64,000 bases of DNA from Escherichia coli (GTDB lineage: Bacteria; Pseudomonadota; Gammaproteobacteria; Enterobacterales; Enterobacteriaceae). The notes beneath the pieces are model-generated. The model saw only the letters and a program-made list of their open reading frames with translations, had not been told where the DNA came from and ran no database searches. Shown here in pieces: positions 11,703 to 30,210 of the stretch. Both the position numbers and the translations under genes were made by a program. How positions within the stretch are numbered: position 1 is the first letter of the stretch; every line of letters begins with the position of its first letter. Location of the stretch: the NCBI RefSeq assembly GCF_041886205.1, contig NZ_CP169029.1. One strand, given 5' to 3'.

Positions 11703-12712
11703 TTATTTGTTGTTGCGCAGATCCAGCGCCACGTCGACGATCATATCCTCCTGGCCGCCAACCATCCGGCGTTTGCCCAGCTCAACGAGAATATCCACCG
11801 CGCTTAAGCCATAACGCGCCGCCGCCGTTTCACAGTGACGCAGGAAGCTCGAGTAAACACCAGCGTATCCCAGCGCCAGCGTTTCGCGATCGACTCGTAC
11901 CGGTCGATCCTGCAACGGACGCACCAGGTCGTCAGCGGCATCCATTAACGCATAGAGATCGGCCCCATGCTGCCAACCCAGTTTATCCGCGGCGGCAATA
12001 AACACTTCCAGTGGCGCATTACCTGCGCCCGCGCCCATTCCCGCGAGGCTGGCGTCGATTCGGTCGCAGCCCTCTTCCACCGCTGCGATAGAGTTCGCCA
12101 CGCCAAGACTCAGGTTATGGTGAGCGTGCATGCCGGTTTGCGTTTCTGGTTTCAACACTGCTTTCAGGGCGCGGAAACGGTCACGGATATCGCTCATGTT
12201 CATCGCACCGCCAGAATCCACCACATAAATGCAGGTCGCACCGTAGCCTTCCATCAGCTTTGCCTGCTTGGCGAGATTCTCCGGCGTGGTCATATGGCTC
12301 ATCATCAGAAAACCAACGGTGTCCATTCCGAGCTCGCGGGCATACTGAATATGCTGGGCGGAAACATCAGCTTCGGTACAGTGCGTAGCCACACGAACCA
12401 CCCGCGCGCCAGCCTGCCAGGCATTTTTCAGATCGTGAATAGTGCCGATTCCTGGCAGCAACAACGTCGCGATTTTGGCGTGCTTCACCACATCCGCCGC
12501 TGCTTCAATCCATTCAAGGTCGCTATGTGCGCCGAAACCATAGTTAAAGCTGGAACCCTGCAAACCGTCGCCGTGGGCCACTTCAATCGAATCCACGCGG
12601 GCATCGTCCAGTGCTTTGGCAATCTGGCGAACGTTTTCCAGCGAATACTGATGACGAATGGCGTGCATACCGTCACGCAACGTGACGTCCGAGATATAAA
12701 GTTTTTTACCGT

Positions 12713-12716
<4 letters not shown>
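11703..12716 (-). CDS. mhpE: 4-hydroxy-2-oxovalerate aldolase
   Basis: 337 aa; [26 protein letters not shown]-terminus; overlaps mhpF by 4 bp. Confidence 0.95.
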
Positions 12717-14478
<1,762 letters not shown>

Positions 14479-15345
14479 TTAAGGGCGTGCGAGGAAATTC
14501 AGCACCAGTTGATTGAAAGCGTCGGCATGTTCCCACTGCGCCCAGTGACCGCAGTCGCGGAAGATATGCAGTTCAGAACCGGCAATGCCGGACAGCAGAC
14601 GCAGACCCGCATCCATCGGCACAAAGCGGTCGTTGCGCCCCCAGACAATCAGGGTTTGCGCTTTGATTTCCGCCAAACGTGGGCCAAAATCCGGGAACTG
14701 TTTCGGATTGGCTTCCAGGCTCTTAACAAAGTTTTCCAGGTGATCGCGGCGCGACAGCATATTATTCAGGCGCGCTTCAAACAGGGCGTCGGTCAAATCG
14801 CTGGTATCAAAAACGAAGATATCCATCATCAGCTTCAGGTTTTCGATAGTCGGCTGACGATAAAGCTGATTCAGTCGCTTAATACCTTCGGTTGGCATCG
14901 GCGTAAACAAACTCATGCCGCCCGTACCGCCGCCCATCAGCACCAGTTTGCCGACGCGCTCCGGCCAGTTAAGGGTGAACGCCACAGAACTATGGCCGCC
15001 CATCGAGTTGCCCAGCAGGTGGATTTTGGCGATATCCAGTTGATCCACCACGCTTTTCAGGATTCGTGCATTAAGATCCGATCGTGAACCACTATTAACG
15101 ATCGAATCGCTTTTGCCCCAACCCGGACAATCCAGCAGGATCACCCGATAGCCCGCCTCTACCAGCGGATCGATATTGCGGCTGAAGTTCGCCCAGCCAG
15201 TAGCACCCGGGCCGGAACCATGCAGCAGGACAACGGTTTCGTCGCCTTGTCCGCAGTCATTAAAATGGATGCGCAGCGTTTTACCCGCTTCTTCTACATT
15301 CAGAAAACGGCTGGTGGCGGCTTCGGTTTGTGGCTGATAACTCAT
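14479..15345 (-). CDS. mhpC: 2-hydroxy-6-ketonona-2,4-dienedioate hydrolase (alpha/beta hydrolase)
   Basis: 288 aa from [20 protein letters not shown] nucleophile elbow; ORF open upstream to 15408. Confidence 0.9.
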
Positions 15346-15362
15346 CATCTTCTCCTGCATAT

Positions 15363-16307
15363 TCAGTTCTCTGTTCTGGCGCTTAACGAGCCAAATCCGG
15401 CAATCCACTCCGGGATTGGGCGGTAATAACGCCCTTCGCTACGCCAGTTGCCAAACGCAGAAATAGCGGCAAAAGCGGCGACCCAGGTTTTGATTTCATG
15501 TGTCGACTTTCCGGCAATGGAGGAAAGCTCTTCGTTACTGACGGCATCCAGTTCCTGTATGCGTCCCTGCTCCAGCAAAGTCATGAACTGGTTATCCCAA
15601 ATCGGGTTGAGCGGATGCAGAGTTCTCTGATCCTCAACAAACTTCTCAGCGGCGCTAATCACCCGTTGCTGACGCAATTCGCGCTCAGTGGCGGGTAAAT
15701 CTTTCCCGCTCCCCAACAGACGGTCGCGCATATGGGCATCGGCTTTCGCCAGTTCTGGCACCGGCGGCTGATGGGAAAGCCCACCGGAACCCAGGAACAG
15801 CACGCGTTTATTGAGAGTGCTGGTGAAACGTCCAATGGCTTCACCCAACATGCGGGTACGCTGGAAACCGGGCAGCGGCGTGGCGACACCGTTGATGAAC
15901 ACAGGCAGAACTGGCACCTTATCCAGCCCACCAAGCAGGAACTCCAGCGGCTGGGCGAACCCGTGGTCCACCTGCATACAGTAAGAAACGGCAAGATCGA
16001 TCCCGCTCTTCATGACGGCATGTGCACAGGCCTCCGCCAGCTCCACAGGCACGGGCAGCTCTCCTGCCGCACTGCCGAAATCACCAATTGCCGTCGCCCC
16101 AACGCCTAAACAGAACGGTGGCATCACGTCATAGAAAAAGCCGTTGTAGTGATCTGGCGCAAACAGCACCACCAGTTCAGGGGAGAAAGCCGCAATACGC
16201 TCGCGGGCGCTGGCAATCACGCCATTGACCTCATCGAGCACCTCTTGCGCCGGGTCGACATATCCCACCAGCGGCGAGTGGGAAAGACAGTGAAGATAAG
16301 CGTGCAT
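15363..16307 (-). CDS. mhpB: 3-carboxyethylcatechol 2,3-dioxygenase (extradiol)
   Basis: 314 aa; [20 protein letters not shown]-terminus. Confidence 0.95.
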
Positions 16308-16308
16308 A

Positions 16309-17973
16309 TCAGGCTACCTTTTCGACAGAAACGTCGGCATCAGGGCTGGTCAGCGTCATCACCGACGCCAGTTTATTCAGGGTCTTGCCCAGGGTTTGCG
16401 GAATGGCGGTGGCGGCAACAAAGCGATCCGGGCGTATCACCACCAGCGAAGCATTGTGTTGCGCGAACCAGCTACGCAGGCGACCTTGCGTATCCCCCAC
16501 GCGTAGTACGCCGTCGTGGTTATCCTGTGCGGTATGAATTTGCACTTCCGGCACCACCTGAATGAAGCGTGTGCCCAACGCGCGCCACTGCTGGATTTGC
16601 TCGTCGCTCATCCCCCACAGTGGATTGCATCCCCAGCCAATTACCGCAAAGTTCGCGCCGATCGCGTTATCGAGCAGCGTCACGTCGCCGTTTTCCAGCG
16701 TGACTTTCGGCTGAATAAACATCTTGCCGACCGGAGAGTGCTTCGCTTCGCCCTCACGCACCAGCGCACCGCCGTAATATTGCGGCATCGGCTTGAAGCG
16801 CATTTCGAGGAAGTAGCGTTTTACTGGCGGCAGATAATTCAACAGCCAGGAAACGCCGTCACGTAACGTACCCTGCCAGCGTTTCGGCGGAGCCAGCACG
16901 TTGCCCGCCGTCACGGACAGGTCAATCATCGCTTTGGCGTGATCGCGACGTTCTTGTTGATAGGTATCGAGCAGCGCATCGCGGGCTTTCCCCTGGATAA
17001 CCAACGCCAGTTTCCATGCGAGGTTAAAGGCGTCGCGCATACCACTGTTATAGCCCTGCCCCTGCCATACCGGCATGATGTGCGCGGCATCGCCCGCCAG
17101 CAGTACGCGATCAATACGGAAACGTTGCGCCAGTCGCGCGTTGTGGGTGTAGACACGCTGGCGAATCAATTCAACATTGTCCGGATTAGGCAGCACTTTG
17201 CTTAACAGCTTGCGCATATTTTGCGGCTCACGCAGCTGTTCTTCGGTTTCTCCCGGCATCACCATAAATTCAAAGCGACGTACCGCATGAGGCAGCGCGG
17301 CAGAAACATACGGGCGCACCGGATCGCAACACAAATAGATATGCGGCGTACTTAACGGATCGTTGGCGATATCCACCACAATCCACTGATTTGGCGCGGT
17401 TTTACCTTCAAACGGCACATTCAGGGTGCGACGGACAAAACTTGCCCCACCATCACAGGCTACCAGCCACTGGGCTTTGACCGTTTCCCGCTGCCCTTCT
17501 GCCGTTTTCAGGTGCAAGGTCACTTCGTCATTTTGCTGGCTGAAGGCCTCCAGCTCGCGGGCAAACAAGCAGCGCACATTCGGAAAACGCGACAACCCTT
17601 CCAGCATCACCGCATCGACCTGTGGCTGAATAAAGGCGTTACGGCGCGGCCAGCCAAATTCATCGGTCATTGGCTGAATATCAGCAAAACAGCGGCCTTT
17701 TGGGGTGAGAAAACGCATCGCGTGCCACGGTGTAGTGTGCGGCAGAACATTATCGACCAGGCCAACCGACTGCATGGTGCGCAGCGCCTCGTCATCAATA
17801 CCAATCGCACGCGGGTAGTCGATCAACTTATCGAGTTTCTCCACCACCAGCACGTCAATGCCCATCTGGCCGAGATAGTTCGCCATCATCAGCCCAACCG
17901 GACCGGCACCAGCGATCGCCACCTGAACGCTATGGTTAACAGCAGGCTGGATGTCAGGGTGTTGTATTGCCAT
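16309..17973 (-). CDS. mhpA: 3-(3-hydroxyphenyl)propionate hydroxylase (FAD monooxygenase)
   Basis: 554 aa; FAD-binding [22 protein letters not shown]-terminus. Confidence 0.95.
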   Translation of the reverse strand: MAIQHPDIQPAVNHSVQVAIAGAGPVGLMMANYLGQMGIDVLVVEKLDKLIDYPRAIGIDDEALRTMQSVGLVDNVLPHTTPWHAMRFLTPKGRCFADIQPMTDEFGWPRRNAFIQPQVDAVMLEGLSRFPNVRCLFARELEAFSQQNDEVTLHLKTAEGQRETVKAQWLVACDGGASFVRRTLNVPFEGKTAPNQWIVVDIANDPLSTPHIYLCCDPVRPYVSAALPHAVRRFEFMVMPGETEEQLREPQNMRKLLSKVLPNPDNVELIRQRVYTHNARLAQRFRIDRVLLAGDAAHIMPVWQGQGYNSGMRDAFNLAWKLALVIQGKARDALLDTYQQERRDHAKAMIDLSVTAGNVLAPPKRWQGTLRDGVSWLLNYLPPVKRYFLEMRFKPMPQYYGGALVREGEAKHSPVGKMFIQPKVTLENGDVTLLDNAIGANFAVIGWGCNPLWGMSDEQIQQWRALGTRFIQVVPEVQIHTAQDNHDGVLRVGDTQGRLRSWFAQHNASLVVIRPDRFVAATAIPQTLGKTLNKLASVMTLTSPDADVSVEKVA

Positions 17974-18114
17974 TTCAGTACCTCACGACTCGGACAAAAT
18001 GCCGTTGCGCGCACAGTACGGCGCAACTTATTTTGTTAAAAACATGTAAATGATTTTTTATTGTGCGCTCAGTATAGGAAGGGTGTTTTCGGCTACAATC
18101 AAAATATGCCCGAA

Positions 18115-18131
18115 TGTGCACCAGGTGCACA
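18115..18131. promoter_or_regulatory. Perfect 17 bp palindrome TGTGCACCAGGTGCACA in the mhpR-mhpA divergent region (candidate MhpR operator)
   Basis: Exact inverted repeat 33 bp upstream of the mhpR start. Confidence 0.5.
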
Positions 18132-18163
18132 ACGTTGTTTTAACTATAGAAATGTCAATTAAT

Positions 18164-18997
18164 ATGCAGAACAATGAGCAGACGGAATACAAAACCGTGC
18201 GCGGCTTAACCCGCGGTCTAATGTTATTAAATATGTTAAATAAACTTGATGGCGGTGCCAGCGTCGGGCTGCTGGCGGAACTCAGCGGCCTGCATCGCAC
18301 CACTGTGCGGCGACTGCTGGAGACGCTGCAGGAAGAGGGATATGTCCGGCGTAGTCCCTCCGATGATAGTTTTCGTCTGACCATCAAAGTGCGGCAATTA
18401 AGCGAAGGATTTCGTGACGAACAGTGGATTTCTGCACTGGCGGCCCCGCTGCTGGGCGATCTGTTACGCGAAGTGGTATGGCCGACAGATGTGTCCACGC
18501 TGGATGTTGATGCAATGGTGGTACGCGAAACCACCCACCGTTTCAGCCGCTTATCCTTTCACCGGGCAATGGTCGGGCGGCGTTTACCGCTTCTGAAAAC
18601 CGCCTCGGGCCTGACCTGGCTGGCCTTTTGCCCGGAACAAGAACGCAAGGAATTAATCGAAATGTTAGCCACCCGTCCCGGTGATGACTATCAACTTGCA
18701 CGGGAACCGTTAAAACTGGAAGCCATTCTGGCGCGGGCGCGCAAAGAGGGGTACGGACAGAACTACCGCGGCTGGGATCAAGAAGAAAAGATCGCCTCTA
18801 TCGCCGTACCGCTGCGCAGTGAACAACGGGTGATTGGCTGTCTGAATCTGGTGTATATGGCGAGCGCAATGACCATCGAACAGGCAGCGGAAAAGCATCT
18901 TCCGGCACTACAACGGGTAGCAAAACAGATCGAAGAAGGGGTTGAATCGCAGGCTATTCTGGTGGCCGGACGGCGAAGCGGCGTGCATTTACGTTGA
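18164..18997 (+). CDS. mhpR: IclR-family activator of the mhp operon
   Basis: 277 aa from MQNNEQTEYKTVRGLTRGL; divergent from mhpA; ORF open upstream to 18050. Confidence 0.9.
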   Translation: MQNNEQTEYKTVRGLTRGLMLLNMLNKLDGGASVGLLAELSGLHRTTVRRLLETLQEEGYVRRSPSDDSFRLTIKVRQLSEGFRDEQWISALAAPLLGDLLREVVWPTDVSTLDVDAMVVRETTHRFSRLSFHRAMVGRRLPLLKTASGLTWLAFCPEQERKELIEMLATRPGDDYQLAREPLKLEAILARARKEGYGQNYRGWDQEEKIASIAVPLRSEQRVIGCLNLVYMASAMTIEQAAEKHLPALQRVAKQIEEGVESQAILVAGRRSGVHLR

Positions 18998-19009
18998 CAC
19001 CATCGAATG

Positions 19010-19038
19010 GCGCAAAACCTTTCGCGGTATGGCATGAT
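19010..19038 (+). promoter_or_regulatory. lacI promoter (-35 GCGCAA, 17 bp spacer, -10 CATGAT)
   Basis: GCGCAAAACCTTTCGCGGTATGGCATGAT; wild-type form, not the Iq GTGCAA variant. Confidence 0.7.
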
Positions 19039-19073
19039 AGCGCCCGGAAGAGAGTCAATTCAGGGTGGTGAAT

Positions 19074-20156
19074 GTGAAACCAGTAACGCTATACGATGTC
19101 GCAGAGTATGCCGGTGTCTCTTATCAGACCGTTTCCCGCGTGGTGAACCAGGCCAGCCACGTTTCTGCGAAAACGCGGGAAAAAGTGGAAGCGGCGATGG
19201 CGGAGCTGAATTACATTCCCAACCGCGTGGCACAACAACTGGCGGGCAAACAGTCGTTGCTGATTGGCGTTGCCACCTCCAGTCTGGCCCTGCACGCGCC
19301 GTCGCAAATTGTCGCAGCGATTAAATCTCGCGCCGATCAACTGGGTGCCAGCGTGGTGGTGTCGATGGTAGAACGAAGCGGCGTCGAAGCCTGTAAAGCG
19401 GCGGTGCACAATCTTCTCGCGCAACGCGTCAGTGGGCTGATCATTAACTATCCGCTGGATGACCAGGATGCCATTGCTGTGGAAGCTGCCTGCACTAATG
19501 TTCCGGCGTTATTTCTTGATGTCTCTGACCAGACACCCATCAACAGTATTATTTTCTCCCATGAAGACGGTACGCGACTGGGCGTGGAGCATCTGGTCGC
19601 ATTGGGTCACCAGCAAATCGCGCTGTTAGCGGGCCCATTAAGTTCTGTCTCGGCGCGTCTGCGTCTGGCTGGCTGGCATAAATATCTCACTCGCAATCAA
19701 ATTCAGCCGATAGCGGAACGGGAAGGCGACTGGAGTGCCATGTCCGGTTTTCAACAAACCATGCAAATGCTGAATGAGGGCATCGTTCCCACTGCGATGC
19801 TGGTTGCCAACGATCAGATGGCGCTGGGCGCAATGCGCGCCATTACCGAGTCCGGGCTGCGCGTTGGTGCGGATATCTCGGTAGTGGGATACGACGATAC
19901 CGAAGACAGCTCATGTTATATCCCGCCGTTAACCACCATCAAACAGGATTTTCGCCTGCTGGGGCAAACCAGCGTGGACCGCTTGCTGCAACTCTCTCAG
20001 GGCCAGGCGGTGAAGGGCAATCAGCTGTTGCCCGTCTCACTGGTGAAAAGAAAAACCACCCTGGCGCCCAATACGCAAACCGCCTCTCCCCGCGCGTTGG
20101 CCGATTCATTAATGCAGCTGGCACGACAGGTTTCCCGACTGGAAAGCGGGCAGTGA
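19074..20156 (+). CDS. lacI: Lactose operon repressor
   Basis: 360 aa from the GTG codon, MKPVTLYDVAEYAGVSYQTVSRVVN; the listed ORF starts two GTG codons earlier. Confidence 0.97.
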   Translation: MKPVTLYDVAEYAGVSYQTVSRVVNQASHVSAKTREKVEAAMAELNYIPNRVAQQLAGKQSLLIGVATSSLALHAPSQIVAAIKSRADQLGASVVVSMVERSGVEACKAAVHNLLAQRVSGLIINYPLDDQDAIAVEAACTNVPALFLDVSDQTPINSIIFSHEDGTRLGVEHLVALGHQQIALLAGPLSSVSARLRLAGWHKYLTRNQIQPIAEREGDWSAMSGFQQTMQMLNEGIVPTAMLVANDQMALGAMRAITESGLRVGADISVVGYDDTEDSSCYIPPLTTIKQDFRLLGQTSVDRLLQLSQGQAVKGNQLLPVSLVKRKTTLAPNTQTASPRALADSLMQLARQVSRLESGQ

Positions 20157-20168
20157 GCGCAACGCAAT
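20148..20168. promoter_or_regulatory. lac operator O3
   Basis: GGCAGTGAGCGCAACGCAATT across the lacI stop, about 92 bp upstream of O1. Confidence 0.85.
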
Positions 20169-20190
20169 TAATGTGAGTTAGCTCACTCAT
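20169..20190. promoter_or_regulatory. CRP (CAP) binding site of the lac promoter
   Basis: TAATGTGAGTTAGCTCACTCAT. Confidence 0.9.
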
Positions 20191-20204
20191 TAGGCACCCC
20201 AGGC

Positions 20205-20234
20205 TTTACACTTTATGCTTCCGGCTCGTATGTT
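20205..20234 (+). promoter_or_regulatory. lac promoter (-35 TTTACA, -10 TATGTT)
   Basis: TTTACACTTTATGCTTCCGGCTCGTATGTT. Confidence 0.9.
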
Positions 20235-20240
20235 GTGTGA

Positions 20241-23353
<3,113 letters not shown>

Positions 23354-23359
23354 TAATAA

Positions 23360-24658
<1,299 letters not shown>

Positions 24659-24667
24659 GCAATCAAT

Positions 24668-24698
24668 GTCGGATGCGGCGCGAGCGCCTTATCCGACC
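24668..24698. repeat. REP element between lacY and lacA
   Basis: GTCGGATGCGGCGCGAGCGCCTTATCCGACC. Confidence 0.8.
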
Positions 24699-24723
24699 AA
24701 CATATCAGGACGGAATGATCGCA

Positions 24724-25335
24724 ATGAACATGCCAATGACAGAAAGAATAAAAGCAGGCAAGCTATTTACCGATATGTGCGAAGGCTTACCGGAAAAAAG
24801 ACTTCGTGGGAAAACGTTAATGTATGAGTTTAATCACTCACATCCATCAGAAGTTGAAAAAAGGGAAAGCCTGCTTAAAGAAATGTTTGCCACGGTAGGG
24901 GAAAACGCCTGGGTAGAACCACCCGTCTATTTCTCTTACGGTTCCAACATCCATATAGGCCGCAATTTTTATGCAAATTTCAATTTAACTATTGTCGACG
25001 ACTACACGGTAACGATCGGTGATAACGTATTGATTGCACCCAATGTTACTCTTTCCGTTACGGGACACCCTGTACACCATGAATTGAGAAAAAACGGTGA
25101 GATGTACTCTTTTCCGATAACGATTGGCAATAACGTCTGGATCGGAAGTCATGTGGTTATTAATCCAGGCGTCACCATCGGGGATAATTCTGTTATTGGC
25201 GCGGGTAGTGTCGTCACAAAAGACATTCCACCAAACGTCGTGGCGACTGGCGTTCCTTGTCGGGTTATTCGCGAAATAAACGACCGGGATAAGCAATATT
25301 ATTTCAGAGATTACAAAGTTGAATCGTCAGTTTAA
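24724..25335 (+). CDS. lacA: Galactoside O-acetyltransferase (hexapeptide repeat)
   Basis: 203 aa from MNMPMTERIKAGKLFTDMCEGLPEKRLRGK; ORF open upstream to 24673. Confidence 0.95.
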   Translation: MNMPMTERIKAGKLFTDMCEGLPEKRLRGKTLMYEFNHSHPSEVEKRESLLKEMFATVGENAWVEPPVYFSYGSNIHIGRNFYANFNLTIVDDYTVTIGDNVLIAPNVTLSVTGHPVHHELRKNGEMYSFPITIGNNVWIGSHVVINPGVTIGDNSVIGAGSVVTKDIPPNVVATGVPCRVIREINDRDKQYYFRDYKVESSV

Positions 25336-25345
25336 ATTATAAAAA

Positions 25346-25437
25346 TTGCCTGATGCGCTTCGCTTATCAGGCCTACAAATTCAGTGATCTACGTAGGCCG
25401 CATCCGGCATGAACAAAGCGCAGGAACAAGCGTCGCA
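25346..25437. repeat. REP cluster between the convergent lacA and cynX
   Basis: TTGCCTGATGCGCTTCGCTTATCAGGCCTACA ... TACGTAGGCCGCATCCGGCA. Confidence 0.8.
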
Positions 25438-26592
25438 TCATGCCTCTTTGACCCACAGCTGCGGAAAACGTGCTGGTGCAAAACGCAGGGTTATGATCAT
25501 CAGCCCAACGACGCACAGCGCATGAAATACCCAGTCCATCAGGTAATTGCCGCTGATACTACGCAGCACGCCAGAAAACCACGGGGCAAGCCCGGCGATG
25601 ATAAAACCGATCCCCTGCATAAACGCCACCAGCTTGCCAGCAATAGCCGGTTGCACAGAGTGATCGAGAGCCAGCAGCAAACAGAGCGGAAATGCGCCAC
25701 CCAGACCTAACCCATACACCATCGCCCACAATACCGGCAATTGCAGCGGCAGCCAGATAAAGCCGCAGAACCCCACCAGTTGTAACACCAGCGCCAGCAT
25801 TAACAGTTTGCGCCGATCCTGATGGCGAGCCATAGCAGGCATCAGCAAAGCTCCTGCGGCTTGCCCAAGCGTCATCAATGCCAGCAAGGAACCGCTGTAC
25901 TGCGCGCTGGCACCAATCTCAATATAGAAAGCGGGTAACCAGGCAATCAGGCTGGCGTAACCACCGTTAATCAGACCGAAGTATAGGCCCAGCGTCCAGG
26001 CGCGGAGAGTAAATACCACGCGAACCGGAATGGTTGTTGTCTTGTGGGAAGAGGCGACCTCGTGGGTGCTTTGCCACCACCAGGCAAAGAGCGCAACAAC
26101 GGCAGGCAGCGCCCACCAGGCGAGTGTTTGATACCAGGTTTCGCTATGTTGAACTAACCAGGGCGTCAGGGCGGCACCAAGTCCACCGCCGCCCATCAGA
26201 GCCGCGGACCACAGCCCCATCACCAGTGGCGTGCGCTGCTGAAACCGCCGTTTAATCACCGAAGGCATCACTGCCTGAATGATGCCGATCCCCACCCCAC
26301 CAAGCAGTGCGCTGCTAAGCAGCAGCGCACTTTGGGGGTAAAGCTCACGCATCAATGCACCGACGGCAATCAGCAACAAACTGATGGCGACGCTGCGACG
26401 TTCGCTGACATGTTGATGAAGCCAGCTTCCGACCAGCGCCAGCCCGCCCATAGTGACCACCGGAAGAGCGGTCAACAGGGCAGCCACGCTAAAGCTCATT
26501 CCGCTCGCCTGGCGCAATTGCGGTAGCAGTGGCCCGACGGAGGTGAGCAGTGGTCGCATATTAAGACCAATCAGCACCAGTACCAGCAGCAT
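25438..26592 (-). CDS. cynX: Cyanate MFS transporter
   Basis: 384 aa from MLLVLVLIGLNMRPLLTSVGPLLP; ORF open upstream to 26619. Confidence 0.9.
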   Translation of the reverse strand: MLLVLVLIGLNMRPLLTSVGPLLPQLRQASGMSFSVAALLTALPVVTMGGLALVGSWLHQHVSERRSVAISLLLIAVGALMRELYPQSALLLSSALLGGVGIGIIQAVMPSVIKRRFQQRTPLVMGLWSAALMGGGGLGAALTPWLVQHSETWYQTLAWWALPAVVALFAWWWQSTHEVASSHKTTTIPVRVVFTLRAWTLGLYFGLINGGYASLIAWLPAFYIEIGASAQYSGSLLALMTLGQAAGALLMPAMARHQDRRKLLMLALVLQLVGFCGFIWLPLQLPVLWAMVYGLGLGGAFPLCLLLALDHSVQPAIAGKLVAFMQGIGFIIAGLAPWFSGVLRSISGNYLMDWVFHALCVVGLMIITLRFAPARFPQLWVKEA

Positions 26593-26624
26593 CGTGAACG
26601 TCTTTTGATGGTTGCGCATGGCTG

Positions 26625-27113
<489 letters not shown>

Positions 27114-27125
27114 TTAAAAATAAGG

Positions 27126-27785
27126 TTACGCTGCGGTCGGTTGGCGTAGCGGTATGGCACAAACGCGAGGATTAGCGGCCAGTGGCACAAACTGGCGGGT
27201 TGCGCCGTCAAAAGCTGCGATGCTGCCGCTTTCAATGTCGTAGACCCAGCCGTGCAGGGCGATCCGCCCCTCTTCGAGCGCCAGGCGCACCGATGGATGA
27301 GTTTGCAAATTAGCCAACTGAGCAATGACGTTTTCACGTACCATCGCCGCAGCTTTTGACGGTAAATCGGAATGCGGGCGCGCCTCATTAACGACGCGGG
27401 CTGAATCGGCATAACGCAGCCAGTGGGAGACGGCAGGCATATGGTCCATGCACTGACAGCTGGCAATGGCGGTCATCGCGCCACAGTTGGAATGACCACA
27501 AATCACAATGTCAGATACCCGAAGCGCAGCGACGGCATACTCCACCGAAGCAGAAACGCCACCGGGTTCCGGCCCGTAGGAAGGGACAATATTACCTGCG
27601 TTGCGAATAACGAACAGATCGCCAGGCTCACGTTGCGTCACCAGCTCAGGGACCAGACGGCTGTCGGAGCAGGAGATAAAAAGGGTGCGCGGGCTTTGCT
27701 GTGTCGCCAGCTGTTTAAATAAGGCTTCCCGCTTCGGAAATGCCTCGCGCTGGAATTTAAGGAATCCATCAATAATCTCTTTCAC
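27126..27785 (-). CDS. cynT: Beta-class carbonic anhydrase
   Basis: 219 aa; [43 protein letters not shown] with CSDSR zinc-site motif. Confidence 0.95.
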
Positions 27786-27894
27786 CGTTAACCTCTGTCT
27801 GTCTCTGGAATGAGAGGCAGACTACTCGCCGATTGTCATAAGGTAAAAGTCTCATTTATGATGAGTTCTATTGGATTTACTTATAGGTTGGCGA

Positions 27895-28794
27895 ATGCTC
27901 TCTCGACATATCAACTATTTTCTTGCCGTGGCTGAACATGGCAGCTTTACCCGTGCCGCCAGTGCGTTGCACGTCTCCCAGCCTGCGCTTTCCCAGCAGA
28001 TTCGCCAGTTAGAGGAGAGTTTAGGCGTGCCGCTGTTTGACCGTAGCGGGCGAACGATTCGTCTCACTGATGCAGGAGAAGTCTGGCGACAGTACGCCAG
28101 CCGGGCGTTACAGGAACTGTGGGCGGGTAAACGGGCGATTCATGATGTTGCCGATCTGACGCGAGGATCGCTGCGTATCGCCGTCACCCCCACCTTTACG
28201 AGCTACTTTATCGGCCCCTTAATGGCGGATTTCTATGCGCGCTACCCCGGCATCACGCTCCAGCTACAGGAAATGTCGCAGGAGAAAATCGAAGATCTGC
28301 TTTGTCGCGACGAGCTGGACGTTGGGATTGCCTTCGCGCCTGTGCATTCGCCGGAGCTGGAGGCAATGCCTTTACTGACAGAAAGTTTAGCGTTAGTGGT
28401 GGCGCAACATCATCCGCTGGCTGACCAGGAACAGGTGGCGTTGAGTCGCTTGCATGATGAAAAACTGGTCCTGCTCAGCGCGGAATTTGCCACCAGAGAG
28501 CAAATTGACCACTACTGCGAGAAAGCGGGGCTGCATCCACAGGTGGTCATTGAGGCGAACTCAATTAGCGCGGTTCTGGAGCTGATTCGCCGCACTTCCC
28601 TTTCCACATTGTTACCAGCAGCGATTGCCACACAACATGACGGGCTTAAAGCTATTTCTCTTGCCCCGCCACTACTGGAGAGAACGGCGGTTTTGTTGCG
28701 GCGGAAAAATAGCTGGCAGACAGCCGCCGCGAAGGCATTTTTGCACATGGCGTTGGATAAATGCGCGGTTGTTGGCGGAAATGAATCGCGGTAA
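27895..28794 (+). CDS. cynR: LysR-family regulator of the cyn operon
   Basis: 299 aa from [40 protein letters not shown]; divergent from cynT. Confidence 0.92.
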   Translation: MLSRHINYFLAVAEHGSFTRAASALHVSQPALSQQIRQLEESLGVPLFDRSGRTIRLTDAGEVWRQYASRALQELWAGKRAIHDVADLTRGSLRIAVTPTFTSYFIGPLMADFYARYPGITLQLQEMSQEKIEDLLCRDELDVGIAFAPVHSPELEAMPLLTESLALVVAQHHPLADQEQVALSRLHDEKLVLLSAEFATREQIDHYCEKAGLHPQVVIEANSISAVLELIRRTSLSTLLPAAIATQHDGLKAISLAPPLLERTAVLLRRKNSWQTAAAKAFLHMALDKCAVVGGNESR

Positions 28795-28806
28795 CCACTG
28801 ACACAA

Positions 28807-28888
28807 TTGCCTGATGCGCTACGCTTATCAGGCCTACGAGTTCAGTGCTCTACGTAGGCCGGATAAGGCGTTCACGCCGCATCCGGCA
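28807..28888. repeat. REP cluster
   Basis: TGCCTGATGCGCTACGCTTATCAGGCCTACGAG ... TACGTAGGCCGGATAAGGCGTTCACGCCGCATCCGGCA. Confidence 0.85.
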
Positions 28889-28926
28889 TAAACTACGCTC
28901 GCTTTGTCAACACACAGCCCAGCCGA

Positions 28927-30210
28927 TCACCGTTTGTAATCGATGGCTTCTGGCTGCTCCAGATATACGGTGGTTTGTGCCGGTTGTGTACTGGCAATCA
29001 CCTTGCCGCCACGTACCGAATAACGTACCGGAACCTGACGGCGCAGCGCATCAAATCCATTTTCAGCCGGCAGGATAATCAGGTTTGCGCTGTTTCCGGC
29101 GGCAATGCCGTAATCCTGCAAATTCAACGTTCTGGCACTGTGGTGGGTGATTAAATTCAGGCCATCGTTAATCTGCCCGTAGCCCATCAACTGGCAAACA
29201 TGCAGCCCCATATGCAGCACTTGCAGCATATTCGCCGTTCCCAGCGGATACCACGGGTCGAAGACATCATCGTGACCAAAGCAGACGTTAATGCCGGACT
29301 CCAGCATCTCTTTAACGCGCGTGATGCCGCGACGTTTTGGATACGTATCGAATCGTCCTTGCAGATGAATATTGACCAGCGGGTTGGCGACAAAGTTAAT
29401 ACCGGACATTTTCAGCAAGCGGAACAGACGTGAGGTATACGCCCCGTTATAGGAGTGCATTGCCGTGGTGTGGCTGGCGGTGACTTGCGCGCCCATGCCT
29501 TCACGGTGCGCCAGGGCAGCAACGGTTTCGACAAAGCGCGACTGCTCGTCATCGATCTCATCACAGTGAACGTCGATGAGACGGTCGTATTTTTGCGCCA
29601 GGGCGAAGGTTTTATGCAGCGACTCCACGCCGTATTCACGGGTAAATTCAAAATGCGGAATCGCCCCAACAACATCTGCCCCTAAGCGTAGCGCCTCTTC
29701 CAGCAGCTCTTCACCGTTGGGATACGACAAAATCCCTTCCTGCGGGAAGGCGACAATTTGCAGATCAATCCACGGCGCAACTTCCTGTTTCACTTCCAGC
29801 ATCGCTTTCAACGCAGTCAGCGTTGCGTCGGAGACATCGACATGGGTACGCACATGCTGAATGCCGTTGGCAATCTGCCATTTCAGCGTTTGCCATGCGC
29901 GTTGTTTCACGTCGTCATGGGTTAATAACGCTTTGCGCTCGGCCCAGCGTTCAATGCCTTCAAACAGCGTGCCGGACTGATTCCAGTTCGGTTGCCCGGC
30001 GGTTTGCGTGGTGTCCAGGTGAATATGCGGCTCCACAAATGGCGGTATAACTAAACCTTGTTCGGCATCCAGGCTGTTTTCAGTTACGGACATCACGCCG
30101 GATTGCGCATCAATGGCGCTGATTTTTCCGTCCTGCAGATGAATCTGCCACAGCCCCTCTTTGCCGGGTAACCGGGCGTTAATAATTGTATGTAAAGCGT
30201 TATTCGACAC
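28927..30210 (-). CDS. codA: Cytosine deaminase
   Basis: 427 aa from a GTG start ([16 protein letters not shown]...); HxH metal-binding N-terminal motif ([10 protein letters not shown]); 5' end overlaps codB. Confidence 0.93.
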   Translation of the reverse strand: MSNNALHTIINARLPGKEGLWQIHLQDGKISAIDAQSGVMSVTENSLDAEQGLVIPPFVEPHIHLDTTQTAGQPNWNQSGTLFEGIERWAERKALLTHDDVKQRAWQTLKWQIANGIQHVRTHVDVSDATLTALKAMLEVKQEVAPWIDLQIVAFPQEGILSYPNGEELLEEALRLGADVVGAIPHFEFTREYGVESLHKTFALAQKYDRLIDVHCDEIDDEQSRFVETVAALAHREGMGAQVTASHTTAMHSYNGAYTSRLFRLLKMSGINFVANPLVNIHLQGRFDTYPKRRGITRVKEMLESGINVCFGHDDVFDPWYPLGTANMLQVLHMGLHVCQLMGYGQINDGLNLITHHSARTLNLQDYGIAAGNSANLIILPAENGFDALRRQVPVRYSVRGGKVIASTQPAQTTVYLEQPEAIDYKR

